A stretch of 42,769 bases of DNA from a virus (Duplodnaviria > Caudoviricetes), in the IMG/VR virus record IMGVR_UViG_3300032225_001090, positions 1-42,769 of that record. One strand, given 5' to 3'. Positions 7,977 through 17,877 of the stretch are shown here, in pieces (within the stretch, counting starts at the first letter, position 1; the number at the start of each line of letters is the position of its first letter). Both the position numbers and the translations under genes were made by a program. The notes below the pieces were generated by a model that saw only the letters and a list, made by a program, of their open reading frames with translations, was not told the origin of the DNA and ran no database searches.

Positions 7977-8746
7977 AGTTTTGGAACCTTGAATGCTTCA
8001 ATTTGAACTGTACCAGTTTCCATTGACCAACATTCTTTTTTAATTGGACAATATTTACAGGTTGTAGTTGATTTAGTAAACATACGCATTGGAAGATCGC
8101 CATCTTGAAAGTTATCCCATACTTCACATAACCAAGTAAATGTGTCGTCAATAATCTTTTTGTTTCGCTCATTCATTTGTACTGGAATAATTAAAACTTC
8201 TTGAGTATTTTTGTTTTCGTATAAAAAGAATCCCTCTTTAGCATTCTTTAACTTCATATATGTAAGCAACTGAAGCATATGATTGCCAGAGCTTTTCATT
8301 TCTGATCTACGAGTATCCCAAACTTCCTGTTTTGCAGTTTTAATTTCACCAATAACTGGGCCATTATAATCCATGATCAAGTCAATGAATCCACGAATTG
8401 GAGGATACTCATTAATAATTTCTTCTTCTTCTGCAACAAAATTTGGCATAGTTCTAATCAAACCCTGTATTCTTTCATGAGCTTGAGTTCCTTGAGCCAT
8501 ATTAGCAATTGCAATAGAATCATTTTCATTAACAAACATCACTCCACTGAATGCCAGATACCAGTATCTTGGACAATTTCCATGTCCATAGCCCAAAGAA
8601 CTTGGGCTAAAAGATTTCTTTGTGGTAACTGCATCATCACGCTTTGTAGCTAAATAAGCATCGTCCAGCATTCTAGCAAATTCTTCTGGTTGAAAATCTC
8701 CAGTATGCTTTTTAAATTTTAAATTACTTACTATATCTCTACCCAT
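7973..8746 (-). CDS. Cas4-like PD-(D/E)XK exonuclease
   Basis: SPSS..CPRYWY, GTQAH, GFID, GEIKT, QLLTYM, CKYCPIKKEC Fe-S cysteines. Confidence 0.9.
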   Translation of the reverse strand: MGRDIVSNLKFKKHTGDFQPEEFARMLDDAYLATKRDDAVTTKKSFSPSSLGYGHGNCPRYWYLAFSGVMFVNENDSIAIANMAQGTQAHERIQGLIRTMPNFVAEEEEIINEYPPIRGFIDLIMDYNGPVIGEIKTAKQEVWDTRRSEMKSSGNHMLQLLTYMKLKNAKEGFFLYENKNTQEVLIIPVQMNERNKKIIDDTFTWLCEVWDNFQDGDLPMRMFTKSTTTCKYCPIKKECWSMETGTVQIEAFKVPKL

Positions 8747-9084
8747 TATGAATTATACCTAACGACATACTTAAGTGCATCTACAAGTTTGTCTATGGAC
8801 TCCTTTACTGAATAATATATATTCTTTTTATTATTGTTTTCCGTTCCAGCTTTATCTTTAGCAATAGTGGAATAAACTGAAGCAAGTACAGCAAACTTAG
8901 TTGACATTGCTTGCAATTCCATAATTAAATGAGGTGCCTTTGCGGAAGGAACATCTGGATTCATTAATAATTTTACCACAATAGCTAAAGCTTTATCTAA
9001 GTGCTCATCCTGCATAAAATTATGAAGATCATTGAATTCAGTGATATCACTTATTATCTCTAAAGTATTTTTATCTTGTGTCAT
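8746..9084 (-). CDS. Hypothetical helical phage protein
   Basis: Track ORF 8746..9120; start moved to MTQDK (9084), coupled to the upstream small ORF by ATGA. Confidence 0.75.
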   Translation of the reverse strand: MTQDKNTLEIISDITEFNDLHNFMQDEHLDKALAIVVKLLMNPDVPSAKAPHLIMELQAMSTKFAVLASVYSTIAKDKAGTENNNKKNIYYSVKESIDKLVDALKYVVRYNS

Positions 9085-9242
9085 GACAGTATCCTTTGAA
9101 CCAATCCGTATCCCATCCATAATCCAAATATGCCCATAAGACCAGCAAAAACTGGTGGTGCTGGAACTGGTAGCTTAAACAAACTAAATACGGCACCAAC
9201 GCCCATGCCAGTAAGTGTTGTTAAAAATATTTCTCTAACCAT
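9081..9242 (-). CDS. XapX / DUF1427-family small membrane protein (53 aa)
   Basis: Not in track; MVREIFLTTLTGMGVGAVFSLFKLPVPAPPVFAGLMGIFGLWMGYGLVQRILS; two hydrophobic helices around LPVPAPP; GAGGAG RBS. Confidence 0.8.
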   Translation of the reverse strand: MVREIFLTTLTGMGVGAVFSLFKLPVPAPPVFAGLMGIFGLWMGYGLVQRILS

Positions 9243-9540
9243 TATTCTCCTCATAAAATTGGATCAGCTCTTCTAAAACTGCCCACTCAATAATTCCAAG
9301 ACGAACCTTGGAATCCTCACCTATAATAATTTTTAATGCTGGATGCATATCTCTATTTACTTTAAATGTATCAGTACATATTTTAGACCATACATCTTTA
9401 TTTAAATTAAAAGACTTTGATGCTTCTTTATAATCAACTAAGAATTGATTCCACTGAGCGTCACCCTTTTGATAATCTCCACGGCCACTATTCTTTTGTG
9501 CTTTTGCTTTATCTCTTTTAACTTCTGCTCTTTCTGACAT
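9235..9540 (-). CDS. PD-(D/E)XK Holliday junction resolvase-like nuclease
   Basis: SE..E, NSG, KGDA, LVDYK pattern; 101 aa next to recA. Confidence 0.65.
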   Translation of the reverse strand: MSERAEVKRDKAKAQKNSGRGDYQKGDAQWNQFLVDYKEASKSFNLNKDVWSKICTDTFKVNRDMHPALKIIIGEDSKVRLGIIEWAVLEELIQFYEENNG

Positions 9541-9728
9541 TATTGTACCTTAAAAATAGTTTCGTGTCCTTTGGAACATCTCCAAGACATAACTAATTCT
9601 ATCGGATCCCAAAATGCTCCAGAAACATCTTCATCACACGTACTACATGCTCTAATACCAAAAAGTTTTTCTAGCTCATATTCCTTTTGAATATTTTTTT
9701 TCTTAAGAAATTCATTAAGATCTGGCAT
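9540..9728 (-). CDS. Small zinc-binding hypothetical protein
   Basis: CSTC...CSKGH. Confidence 0.7.
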   Translation of the reverse strand: MPDLNEFLKKKNIQKEYELEKLFGIRACSTCDEDVSGAFWDPIELVMSWRCSKGHETIFKVQ

Positions 9729-10719
9729 TTATTTCTCCTACTAAGTTGTCTACAACATCTGGATTTGCCCTTAAGTACCCTACAGCCTTTGCACGTCCTT
9801 GAAAACGTTCTCCATTCACTGTATACCATGCTCCACCCTTTTCAATAATGCCACACATTTCTGCAACGTCTAATGTTTCTCCAACACGATCTACTCCCAG
9901 AGACTCACCTTGATAATAAAAATCGTACTGCCCATTTAAATTTGGTGGACCTAGCTTATTATAATCTACAATCCAATTTACTGGTCTTCCGACCCTTTGT
10001 TCGATGATCTTATCTCCAACTTTAATGCCAGCTTTAATAGCATTAGCCTCAGCTTCGCTAGACCAAAGCTTGATGACTGTAGACGAGAAAAATTTAACCG
10101 CCATGCCACCCGTTGGAATATGACTTGCATGCATACTGCCAAATTGATTGCGTTGCTGAGAAATAAGAATAAGAAGCGTGTTCTTATTCGCATAGTTGAG
10201 CATTTTAACTGCATGTGTCATATCCTTTGCTTCTGCACCGATTTGCTTCGTATCTTGCAAATCTTTCATTTCATTTCCATCTTTTTCAAAATATATTGCT
10301 GGCAATAATGCGGAAATAGAGTCTACTACAATTAAATCAACTCCAGCATCCATTAACTTAGTAGCAACATCTACCATATCATTTACTGTTTTAGCAGGAG
10401 AATAAATTAACTTAGAAGAATCAACTCCTAAAGACTCCGCCCAAGACTGATCATATGATGCTTCAGCATCAATCCATGCACAAGTCTTTCCTTCTTTTTG
10501 TGCCAATGCTATTGTCTGTAAGCAGAAAGAAGACTTACCAGCAGATTTATTACCCCATACAAGAACCTGTCTGCCGTATCCAAATCCTCCACGCAATGCC
10601 ATATTTAAACCGATACTTGGAGTAAGTTGTTTTTCAACAACCACATCTTGTGCAGACTGAACTCTTGCTCTTGTTTTAGGATCTAATTTTGCTAATATAT
10701 TATCTATTGATATTGTCAT
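9715..10719 (-). CDS. recA: RecA/UvsX-like recombinase
   Basis: GNKSAGKS, WIDAE, IVVDSISAL, PTGGMAVKF, KGGAWY. Confidence 0.96.
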   Translation of the reverse strand: MTISIDNILAKLDPKTRARVQSAQDVVVEKQLTPSIGLNMALRGGFGYGRQVLVWGNKSAGKSSFCLQTIALAQKEGKTCAWIDAEASYDQSWAESLGVDSSKLIYSPAKTVNDMVDVATKLMDAGVDLIVVDSISALLPAIYFEKDGNEMKDLQDTKQIGAEAKDMTHAVKMLNYANKNTLLILISQQRNQFGSMHASHIPTGGMAVKFFSSTVIKLWSSEAEANAIKAGIKVGDKIIEQRVGRPVNWIVDYNKLGPPNLNGQYDFYYQGESLGVDRVGETLDVAEMCGIIEKGGAWYTVNGERFQGRAKAVGYLRANPDVVDNLVGEINARS

Positions 10720-10748
10720 GTTTACCTTTTCTTTCTACTAGTATAGCA

Positions 10749-11096
10749 TTAAAATAAATTGCCGTGAAGCTTTGGACGACTACTATTTATATTCATTTTT
10801 TTAAATAAGATTTCATCAAAACTATGAGTGATATCTTCTGAGTTCATCATTGCAGCATAAAGGTCTAGCAGTCTAATCAAAACATCAGCCATCTCTTCTA
10901 CAATTTCTTCAGACCCTTTATTTTTACGGATAGCTTCCAAAACTTCAGTAACTTCCGAATGTACAAGGGCAAGTTTATTACCAATTTTATCGTAATTAAT
11001 TTCGCCTTCCCAAAATCCTTTTTCAATTGCAGTTTCATAAAGAATAGCTGCCAATGCATCCAGTCCATAATCTGTAACTAACCTTGTCTCAATCAT
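10749..11096 (-). CDS. MazG-like NTP pyrophosphohydrolase
   Basis: SEVTEVLEA and EEMADV acidic motifs, KMxxNxxR. Confidence 0.85.
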   Translation of the reverse strand: MIETRLVTDYGLDALAAILYETAIEKGFWEGEINYDKIGNKLALVHSEVTEVLEAIRKNKGSEEIVEEMADVLIRLLDLYAAMMNSEDITHSFDEILFKKMNINSSRPKLHGNLF

Positions 11097-11099
11097 ATC

Positions 11100-11294
11100 T
11101 TATTCCTTATCTTTTAATTTAAACACAAATGATAGTGTTTCATCGTCATAATCAATTACTAACTCTTTATCTGTTATTGAGTTTTCTAAAAATACTAATG
11201 TTGGTACACGAACTTCTCCAACTGTTTCTAAAATTGATATTAAAACTTTATTAATATTTAATGAAGCAATAACTTCTTGGATATCTTCTGTCAT
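11100..11294 (-). CDS. Hypothetical protein
   Basis: 64-aa ORF coupled to dnaE stop by ATGA. Confidence 0.7.
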   Translation of the reverse strand: MTEDIQEVIASLNINKVLISILETVGEVRVPTLVFLENSITDKELVIDYDDETLSFVFKLKDKE

Positions 11295-14200
11295 TTTATT
11301 TCCTTTATCATTAATGTTCCATCATCTAATTTAGATAATGTTACTTTGCATTTCATTCCTTCACGCATTTTAGCTAAAGATATTTTGTACATTGTTGGGA
11401 AAACAATTGCTCTAGTCAATTCTTTTTCTTTATTGCTTAATACGATGTGGCTCATCATTTTCCCAGCCTTTGTTTTGTATGGATTAAAATTAACCACAAT
11501 ATACTCATCTTCTTCTAAATCATATTCTTTTCTATATAAATAATCTACAAATAAATCTGGTCCATTTGGATCCATTTCATTTACTTTAATGTATCTAGCA
11601 ATACGATTATCTCCTACAAGAATAAAGTACATCTGATTTGTTTCAATTTGAGTATCTTCATGATGAAATAGCCCAATTGTTCCAGTCTCATCCACTAACT
11701 CTACTCTTGCCCAGCCCGTTCCTCGTTTAATACTTTTAACCATACCAAACATAACAAACGAACCAAGATCGTCAAAATCCTCAATAGGTCTAGCCTGAGC
11801 TTTAATTCTAGGAGGGATACCAGCTAAATTAAAAGTAGGTATGCCAAGATACTCATAGTAGTTATCCTTTTCATTTCCAGATCTAGGATTATCTTCAAAT
11901 GCAGCACCACCAATTGAATTCAAAGCATCGATTGCTCTACTGTTGATTCCGCTTCCTTTTTTAGATGCCCTATCAATTAAATCAGCATAATTCTTAAATG
12001 GTCTTTGATCTAAAATCTTATTTGCAATGCTATCAGAAATAAACTTTACTTCCGCTAAACCAAACCTGATTCCATCTTCCTGTAATGAAAAGTATATATC
12101 CGATTCATTAATATGTGGAAGCATGATACGCAACCCTAGTCGCTTTGCTTCAATTAAATATTCTGTTCTCGCATCTTTATCATTTTCGTTCTTAAGAATT
12201 GAAAACATGAACTCAAGAGGATAATAGGACTTAAGCCAAGCAGTATAATAACTAAGCATAGAGTAAGCAACAGCATGGGAACGGTTAAAAGAATAACCAG
12301 CATGAGCTTCAAAGTCATGCCATAATTGCTCAGCCTTTTTCTCAGTAATGTGTTTTGAAGCCCCAGTAATAAACTGATCTTTGAATTGATCAAATTCTTT
12401 TGCATCTTTCTTCTTTCCAATAATTTTACGAACCTTGTCAGCTTCTGACCAAGACATTCCGCCCAAGTGCACACATGCTTGCATAACTTGTTCTTGATAA
12501 ATAATTACACCGTATGTATTTTCAGTAAACTCTTTCATTAAAACATGGCTGTAGTCTACCGCCTCTTTGCCATGCTTGCGATTAATATATGCAGCACCTA
12601 CTGTATTCATTGCACCTGGACGGACTAATGCATTAGATGCAACTAAATCTTCAAACTTATCGACACCCATTTTCATCAGCAAGTTTGTGTATGGGGTTGC
12701 TTCTGCTTGAAACACACCCTTGGTATATCCATCACTCAACATTTTATAAACTTTAGGGTCGTCTAAAGTTAATTCTGATAAATTAATATTCTTTTTAGTA
12801 CGCTTCTTAATTGAATCAAGCGTGTCCGTAATGACTGATAGAGTTTTTAATCCTAGTGCATCTAGTTTGATAAGACCAATATCTGCAACCTGATCCATAT
12901 CATATGCAACTACTGGGATACGTCCTGATACCTTATCCTGTGCATCTTCTCTAGATTCTACTGGAGCGTATTTTCTTAAATCATCCTTTGCAACAACTAC
13001 ACCTGCAGCATGCACTCCAACAGATCTAATTCTGCCACGAAGTCTATCTGCTAGCCAGACTACTTCTGGATACTTATTTCTAAACTCTTTAGTATTTGGT
13101 GAACTTAAAAAATCTTCAAAGGTATCTATTTGTTTAGTTGCACGATTAACTTCTTGAAGTGGAACCATAAATACACGTGCTGCATCTCTAATAACACCCT
13201 TATCTTTAAAATAAGTATATGTTGAAATAGAGGCAACGTGCTTAAATCTCTTCTTTAAATATTCTTTAACTTCTTTTCTGCGACGGTCTTCAAAGTCAGT
13301 ATCAATATCTGGAAAGTCATTTCGTTCTGGGTTAATAAATCTAAAGAACAATAGATTATATTTAATTGGATCTACATCTGTAATGCCCAATGCATAACAA
13401 ACTAAAGATCCAGCAGCCGAACCACGGCCTGGGCCAACTCGGATGCCTTCTGTTTTAGCCCAATTAATCATATCTCCAACAACAAGGAAATAGGAGGCAA
13501 AATTCTTTGAAGCAATAACGGAAAGCTCTTCCTCTAACCTAGCCATATAAATTGGGTCTGAAGCCTTCTGAAGGCTCTCTAAGCCCTTAACAGCCAGCTC
13601 CCTTAGTCTTTCATCGGCATCAGTTTTTGGGACTGGCAGAAGGTCTAGGTTTTGATTAAAGTCATATTCGCCAACTTTATTAGAAATCTCCATTGTATTC
13701 TCATAAATGTCTGTTCGATTAATTCCAGCTTTTTTAAAATCAACCTCAATTTGAGAACGACTTTGAATAAATAAATTCATATCTTGAAATGAAATTCTAC
13801 GGTCAGGATAAAGATAGTTAAACCTATCTAACATATTCTTCATGTTTCTAGACATATCAAAGTCCATCTCTTTATCTGCTTTAGGGGATGTTGATAGAAT
13901 AAGTAAAGCCTCTTCTAAAATTCTATCCTCTTCTTTAGCAAAGTGGGCATCCCCTGTTGCCACCGCCTTAATTTTTAATTCATCGGCTAGTTCTAATAAC
14001 CTTAAATTTATTTCTTGTGGATTGTGAGATTGTACCTCAATGTAAAAATCTTCACCAAAAGTTTTCTTGAAATCTTTGAGAATAATTTTCGCTTCCGATA
14101 ACTCTCCCTTTCCAATACATTTGCTAATAAGTCCGTTGAGGCATCCACTAAGTACAATAATACCTTCCGCATATTCTTTTAAAACCTCTCTATCAATACG

Positions 14201-14560
14201 TGGCTTATGATAAAAGCCTTCGTTCCATGCAAGTTCCTGTAAAATATTTATATTCTCTAAACCTTTTTTATTTTTAGCTAACAAAATAATATGGTTGTAT
14301 GCTTGAGTTGATTTGTCTGTTTTAGATGATCTATCAAATCTGTCTGTTGGAGAAATGTATGCTTCAACACCTAGAATTGGTTTAATGCCCAATTCTTTAG
14401 CAGCAATTTGCATTTCACGATGAGATGATAATGTTCCGTGATCCGTAATAGCAATTGCTGTTTGCCCAGCATCTAGTGCTGCCTGACATAATTCTTTTGG
14501 AGAATTAAGTCCGTCCATCAAACTATAATAGCTATGAACGTGAAGGTGTGTAAAGCTCAT
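11291..14560 (-). CDS. dnaE: DNA polymerase III alpha subunit (family C)
   Basis: PHP HLHVHS/ITDHG, GRGSAAGSLV, PDIDTDF, HAAGVV, YQEQVM, YSFNRSHA. Confidence 0.98.
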   Translation of the reverse strand: MSFTHLHVHSYYSLMDGLNSPKELCQAALDAGQTAIAITDHGTLSSHREMQIAAKELGIKPILGVEAYISPTDRFDRSSKTDKSTQAYNHIILLAKNKKGLENINILQELAWNEGFYHKPRIDREVLKEYAEGIIVLSGCLNGLISKCIGKGELSEAKIILKDFKKTFGEDFYIEVQSHNPQEINLRLLELADELKIKAVATGDAHFAKEEDRILEEALLILSTSPKADKEMDFDMSRNMKNMLDRFNYLYPDRRISFQDMNLFIQSRSQIEVDFKKAGINRTDIYENTMEISNKVGEYDFNQNLDLLPVPKTDADERLRELAVKGLESLQKASDPIYMARLEEELSVIASKNFASYFLVVGDMINWAKTEGIRVGPGRGSAAGSLVCYALGITDVDPIKYNLLFFRFINPERNDFPDIDTDFEDRRRKEVKEYLKKRFKHVASISTYTYFKDKGVIRDAARVFMVPLQEVNRATKQIDTFEDFLSSPNTKEFRNKYPEVVWLADRLRGRIRSVGVHAAGVVVAKDDLRKYAPVESREDAQDKVSGRIPVVAYDMDQVADIGLIKLDALGLKTLSVITDTLDSIKKRTKKNINLSELTLDDPKVYKMLSDGYTKGVFQAEATPYTNLLMKMGVDKFEDLVASNALVRPGAMNTVGAAYINRKHGKEAVDYSHVLMKEFTENTYGVIIYQEQVMQACVHLGGMSWSEADKVRKIIGKKKDAKEFDQFKDQFITGASKHITEKKAEQLWHDFEAHAGYSFNRSHAVAYSMLSYYTAWLKSYYPLEFMFSILKNENDKDARTEYLIEAKRLGLRIMLPHINESDIYFSLQEDGIRFGLAEVKFISDSIANKILDQRPFKNYADLIDRASKKGSGINSRAIDALNSIGGAAFEDNPRSGNEKDNYYEYLGIPTFNLAGIPPRIKAQARPIEDFDDLGSFVMFGMVKSIKRGTGWARVELVDETGTIGLFHHEDTQIETNQMYFILVGDNRIARYIKVNEMDPNGPDLFVDYLYRKEYDLEEDEYIVVNFNPYKTKAGKMMSHIVLSNKEKELTRAIVFPTMYKISLAKMREGMKCKVTLSKLDDGTLMIKEIK

Positions 14561-14584
14561 TTATTTCCGCCATTTCTTTTCATG

Positions 14585-14657
14585 TACCCAAGGTGGGATT
14601 CGAACCCACGCTGTATAAATTTTAAGTCTATTGCCTCTGCCACTGGGCTACTTGGGC
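14585..14657 (-). tRNA. tRNA-Leu(TAA), short variable arm
   Basis: GCCCAAG/CTTGGGT acceptor, ATAGA-CTTAAAA-TTTAT anticodon arm, variable ACAGC, GGTTCGAATCC. Confidence 0.92.
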
Positions 14658-14662
14658 TAGTA

Positions 14663-14686
14663 GGGGAGCAGATTGCTCTGCTCCCC
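14663..14686 (-). other. 10-bp GNRA hairpin between ssb and tRNA-Leu
   Basis: GGGGAGCAGA-GCAA-TCTGCTCCCC with no U tract. Confidence 0.7.
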
Positions 14687-14694
14687 CATTCCAA

Positions 14695-15366
14695 TTACCA
14701 GTCTAAGCTGCTGCTAGTTGCAGACGGCTCTTCTTGTCCGCCACCTTCTCCTGCAAAGAAGGCTTCCTGCTCTGTGTAAGGTAGGTCACGCACAGCAGTT
14801 GTTTCTAAATCATATAACTCTAAAGAAGAATAGTCAAATGCTGTTTCATCTTTAGCGAGTGGAATGATTGTATAACTTGTGTCTGTTTTTGTACCAGTAC
14901 GTTTAATGCGCCACATTAGATTACTAATGCTGCCCATCTCTCCTGCATATTCAATTAGTGTAGGTGTGACAGTCTTTCCGCTGCTTCCCTGTGATAGAAT
15001 TGCGACATAAGGATCTTCCTTGCCATCATCTACTAGAACATTAATGTAAAGTCGTGAACGACCCTTCCATCCAGCCTTATAGTCCTTACGATGTTGTTCG
15101 CAACCATAGCACTTACCCTGGTCATCCATAGAGCAGAGTGCTTTGCGTCGATAATCTTTTGGATTTGTATGCTCTACGGCAATAAAGCCTAGACCATTTT
15201 TTTCATTGTATGTTGGTGAATCTGGATCTAGCTCCTGAAGAAAACGAATCTTAACGCTTTCTGCATCTTCCAATTTGGCCCAACGTGCCTTTGTTCCTTC
15301 GCCACCTGAATGCTGTGGCTTGTCCATAACTTGATTTAGTCCTTTGAGTCCTTTAACGATACCCAT
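14695..15366 (-). CDS. Single-stranded DNA-binding protein (gp32-like)
   Basis: VKIRFL, H..C..CYGC Zn ligands, IKRTGTKTDTSY, acidic tail ending in W; sits between primase and polymerase. Confidence 0.8.
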   Translation of the reverse strand: MGIVKGLKGLNQVMDKPQHSGGEGTKARWAKLEDAESVKIRFLQELDPDSPTYNEKNGLGFIAVEHTNPKDYRRKALCSMDDQGKCYGCEQHRKDYKAGWKGRSRLYINVLVDDGKEDPYVAILSQGSSGKTVTPTLIEYAGEMGSISNLMWRIKRTGTKTDTSYTIIPLAKDETAFDYSSLELYDLETTAVRDLPYTEQEAFFAGEGGGQEEPSATSSSLDW

Positions 15367-15423
15367 ATTTATATCCTCTTTTCATGTAGTTGATGGTATA
15401 TATCCATCTGTATTACTATTATA

Positions 15424-16422
15424 TCACGAGTTCCAAGATCTGTATTCTATATCGGATACAGAATTTTTTATGCAAGTCTTTATTTCTTCATCAGTCATAT
15501 CGCCTGCATCTTTTGCATCATGTGGATATATCTTACCATAAGAATACGAAGCCCACAAGATATTTTTCATTCTGAGTTTATTAGCTATGCTTAAACCCAA
15601 TTCTCTTCCTGCTAAATCTGCATCAGTCATAATAGTTATCTTATTAAAATATCTATTTAATAAATGATGTTGCTCTTTAGATAAAAACCCGCCCAAAGTT
15701 GCAACTACATTTGGAAATCCAGCCTGATGAATTCTTATTGCATCAAAGCTAGATTCGACAACAATAACATGGTCTCCAATTTTCTTTGCACGATGTACGT
15801 TAAATAAAGTTTTGCTCTTTGGAAGGTTAGTACTATTTTTAAATGACTTACCCTCTATTGATCTTCCAACAATTCCTATGGCCATACCATCTGGACTATG
15901 AACTGGAACTGTTACCATACCCATATTCTTTGAATAGCCTAGACCAAAATAGGTTGCTGCTTCTTGATAAATATTTCTAGATTTAAAATAATTTAATCCT
16001 TCTTCTGTAGATACTAATTCCGTGTGAAGCTTTTTTAATGTATCTATTGAAAATTCTTGAAAGATAGGCTTATCTTCCATTGCCTCATTAAGTAACTCAT
16101 CAAAATTTTCTAAAGCTTCCGTTTCTTTTGCAGAAATAAATCTCATAGACTCAAAGTCATTTTTATGCATTACACGTTTTACTAATTCCAGTAATGTCCC
16201 AGCCTCACCGCATGAAGGATTAAAACAAATGAATGCACCCTTTTCACGACTTATACTAAAGCTAGAAGTATGTCTATTTGAATGGAATGGACAATAGCAA
16301 AGGAAATCGTTAGATGTTTCACCAACAATCTCTAAACCAATTGATTTAATTATTGACTTGATATGGTTGGGCGAATAATGCGTGGGATCAACTTCCCTTG
16401 TGTTATACCCTCTGATTGCCAT
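15424..16422 (-). CDS. dnaG: DNA primase (CHC2 Zn finger + Toprim)
   Basis: CPFH...CFNPSC, GRS, VVESSFDA, MTDADLAG; likely start MAIRG at 16422. Confidence 0.92.
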   Translation of the reverse strand: MAIRGYNTREVDPTHYSPNHIKSIIKSIGLEIVGETSNDFLCYCPFHSNRHTSSFSISREKGAFICFNPSCGEAGTLLELVKRVMHKNDFESMRFISAKETEALENFDELLNEAMEDKPIFQEFSIDTLKKLHTELVSTEEGLNYFKSRNIYQEAATYFGLGYSKNMGMVTVPVHSPDGMAIGIVGRSIEGKSFKNSTNLPKSKTLFNVHRAKKIGDHVIVVESSFDAIRIHQAGFPNVVATLGGFLSKEQHHLLNRYFNKITIMTDADLAGRELGLSIANKLRMKNILWASYSYGKIYPHDAKDAGDMTDEEIKTCIKNSVSDIEYRSWNS

Positions 16423-16649
16423 GCCTTCTTCTTTCCCACGTATACTCCATAAAGTGTCATTAAGAACACCCATGTCTCACCATTAAATTCTATCGAAAAG
16501 TTAGTGTCTATGTCAAGTACTCTTGCATATCCTTTGCTACGCATATCATGCGTAAGCATACTTTCGTATTGATATCTAAGTCTTGGTATTCCTGAATCAT
16601 CTGCAAATTCTACTTTGATAGGAAACCTTTTAATTGGCTTATGATTCAT
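16350..16649 (-). CDS. Hypothetical phage protein
   Basis: 99-aa ORF between helicase and primase. Confidence 0.7.
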   Translation of the reverse strand: MNHKPIKRFPIKVEFADDSGIPRLRYQYESMLTHDMRSKGYARVLDIDTNFSIEFNGETWVFLMTLYGVYVGKKKAWQSEGITQGKLIPRIIRPTISSQ

Positions 16650-17877
16650 TCTTTGCTAAAGGATTTTCATAAATTTCTTTAACGATACCACGGTTGATAT
16701 CCCAGTCTAGGAATACATTAAAGTTATTTCCAAAACGATTCTTGCGGCTCACAACTTCAATCATGTTAGTATCTGTGTATCTATGAATAGCAATAGCCAT
16801 ATCAGCATCGTATTCAATTGCCTTAGACCATGCAACCTGATTTAACATAGGTGGATTATCTTGATCTGTAATATCGTCAGCAGTTGCTGCAGTAATATCA
16901 ATAATTGGAATATTATTTGATAATGCCAGCATTTTAAATTCACGAGATACATTCATGTTTCGTTCAGTTGCACCAGTGCTTCTTTTATTATCTGAAAATA
17001 GCTGATGATAATCAAGGATAACTAGGTCGGGTTTATGCTGATCAATTTTTCCTTGTACTGTTGCAGGTGTTACATCTCCTGCACCCTCATTTGAAATAAG
17101 AACAAAGCCATTCTTGTTATTAAATCTTTTATTACTCCATGAACGGAAGTCATCAATATTAACATCACCCTTTGAAAAATCAGAAGCCTTAAACAAACCA
17201 GAGCCTAGCATTGTATAAATACGATTACGCATATCTTCTGGAGACATTTCAAGAGAAATGATCATGGGCTTAAAGCCTTGCTCCCAAGCTTTGCAGGCAA
17301 GGTAGGATGTAAACCATGTCTTACCACGTCCTGGCCAGCCAATAGCCACGATAAGGTGTCCTGGAGCCATTCCTGTTGGGTATGCCTTATCAATAGCATC
17401 AAAGCCTGTAAGAATTCCTGGGCTACCTCCCATTTCAGCAGAACGTGCTTGAACATTTTGAAAGTGTCTAATTGCACTTTCAGCATCAGTAATATCTAAG
17501 TCACGCACATTGTTAGTAAATCTATTAAGTGTTGCTAGTTGACTTTGCATTTCTGCAAGCACTCTGGAAGCAGCATCTTCTTTTAACATAGATCCGCTTT
17601 TGATAAGTATATTCTTTAGGCGATTAGATATAAACTCATTGCGTAACTTATCTAAATAATAACCAGTCTCACCCTTTACTTCTACTGGCTCAAAGTCTTT
17701 AAACTTTTCAATTAAAATTCCTGGTTCTGGAACTGCCTTAAACTTATAGTAATAATTCTTAAGCCCCTCCCAAATATCTCTATGTGAAGTAAATAACTCA
17801 TCCACATTGTCTGCTAGCAATGTACTGATGTCTTTATTCTTACATACTGCAGAGATTAATATTGCTTCTGTATTCAT
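16639..17877 (-). CDS. dnaB: DnaB-like replicative helicase
   Basis: GWPGRGKT, ISLEM, ILDYHQL, IEYDAD, KNRFG. Confidence 0.95.
   Translation of the reverse strand: MNTEAILISAVCKNKDISTLLADNVDELFTSHRDIWEGLKNYYYKFKAVPEPGILIEKFKDFEPVEVKGETGYYLDKLRNEFISNRLKNILIKSGSMLKEDAASRVLAEMQSQLATLNRFTNNVRDLDITDAESAIRHFQNVQARSAEMGGSPGILTGFDAIDKAYPTGMAPGHLIVAIGWPGRGKTWFTSYLACKAWEQGFKPMIISLEMSPEDMRNRIYTMLGSGLFKASDFSKGDVNIDDFRSWSNKRFNNKNGFVLISNEGAGDVTPATVQGKIDQHKPDLVILDYHQLFSDNKRSTGATERNMNVSREFKMLALSNNIPIIDITAATADDITDQDNPPMLNQVAWSKAIEYDADMAIAIHRYTDTNMIEVVSRKNRFGNNFNVFLDWDINRGIVKEIYENPLAKNES

Noticed and set aside
7973-8746. CRISPR-Cas system
   Set aside because: Solo Cas4-like exonuclease typical of phage recombination modules; no repeat-spacer array or other cas genes seen
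7960-17486. Short alternative-frame minus-strand ORFs (7960..8172, 9978..10214, 12154..12474, 17262..17486)
   Set aside because: Nested within conserved enzymes with no motifs or RBS
2989-17877. Inteins or introns in terL, recA, dnaE, dnaB
   Set aside because: Normal lengths, continuous motifs, no splice-junction or homing nuclease signatures
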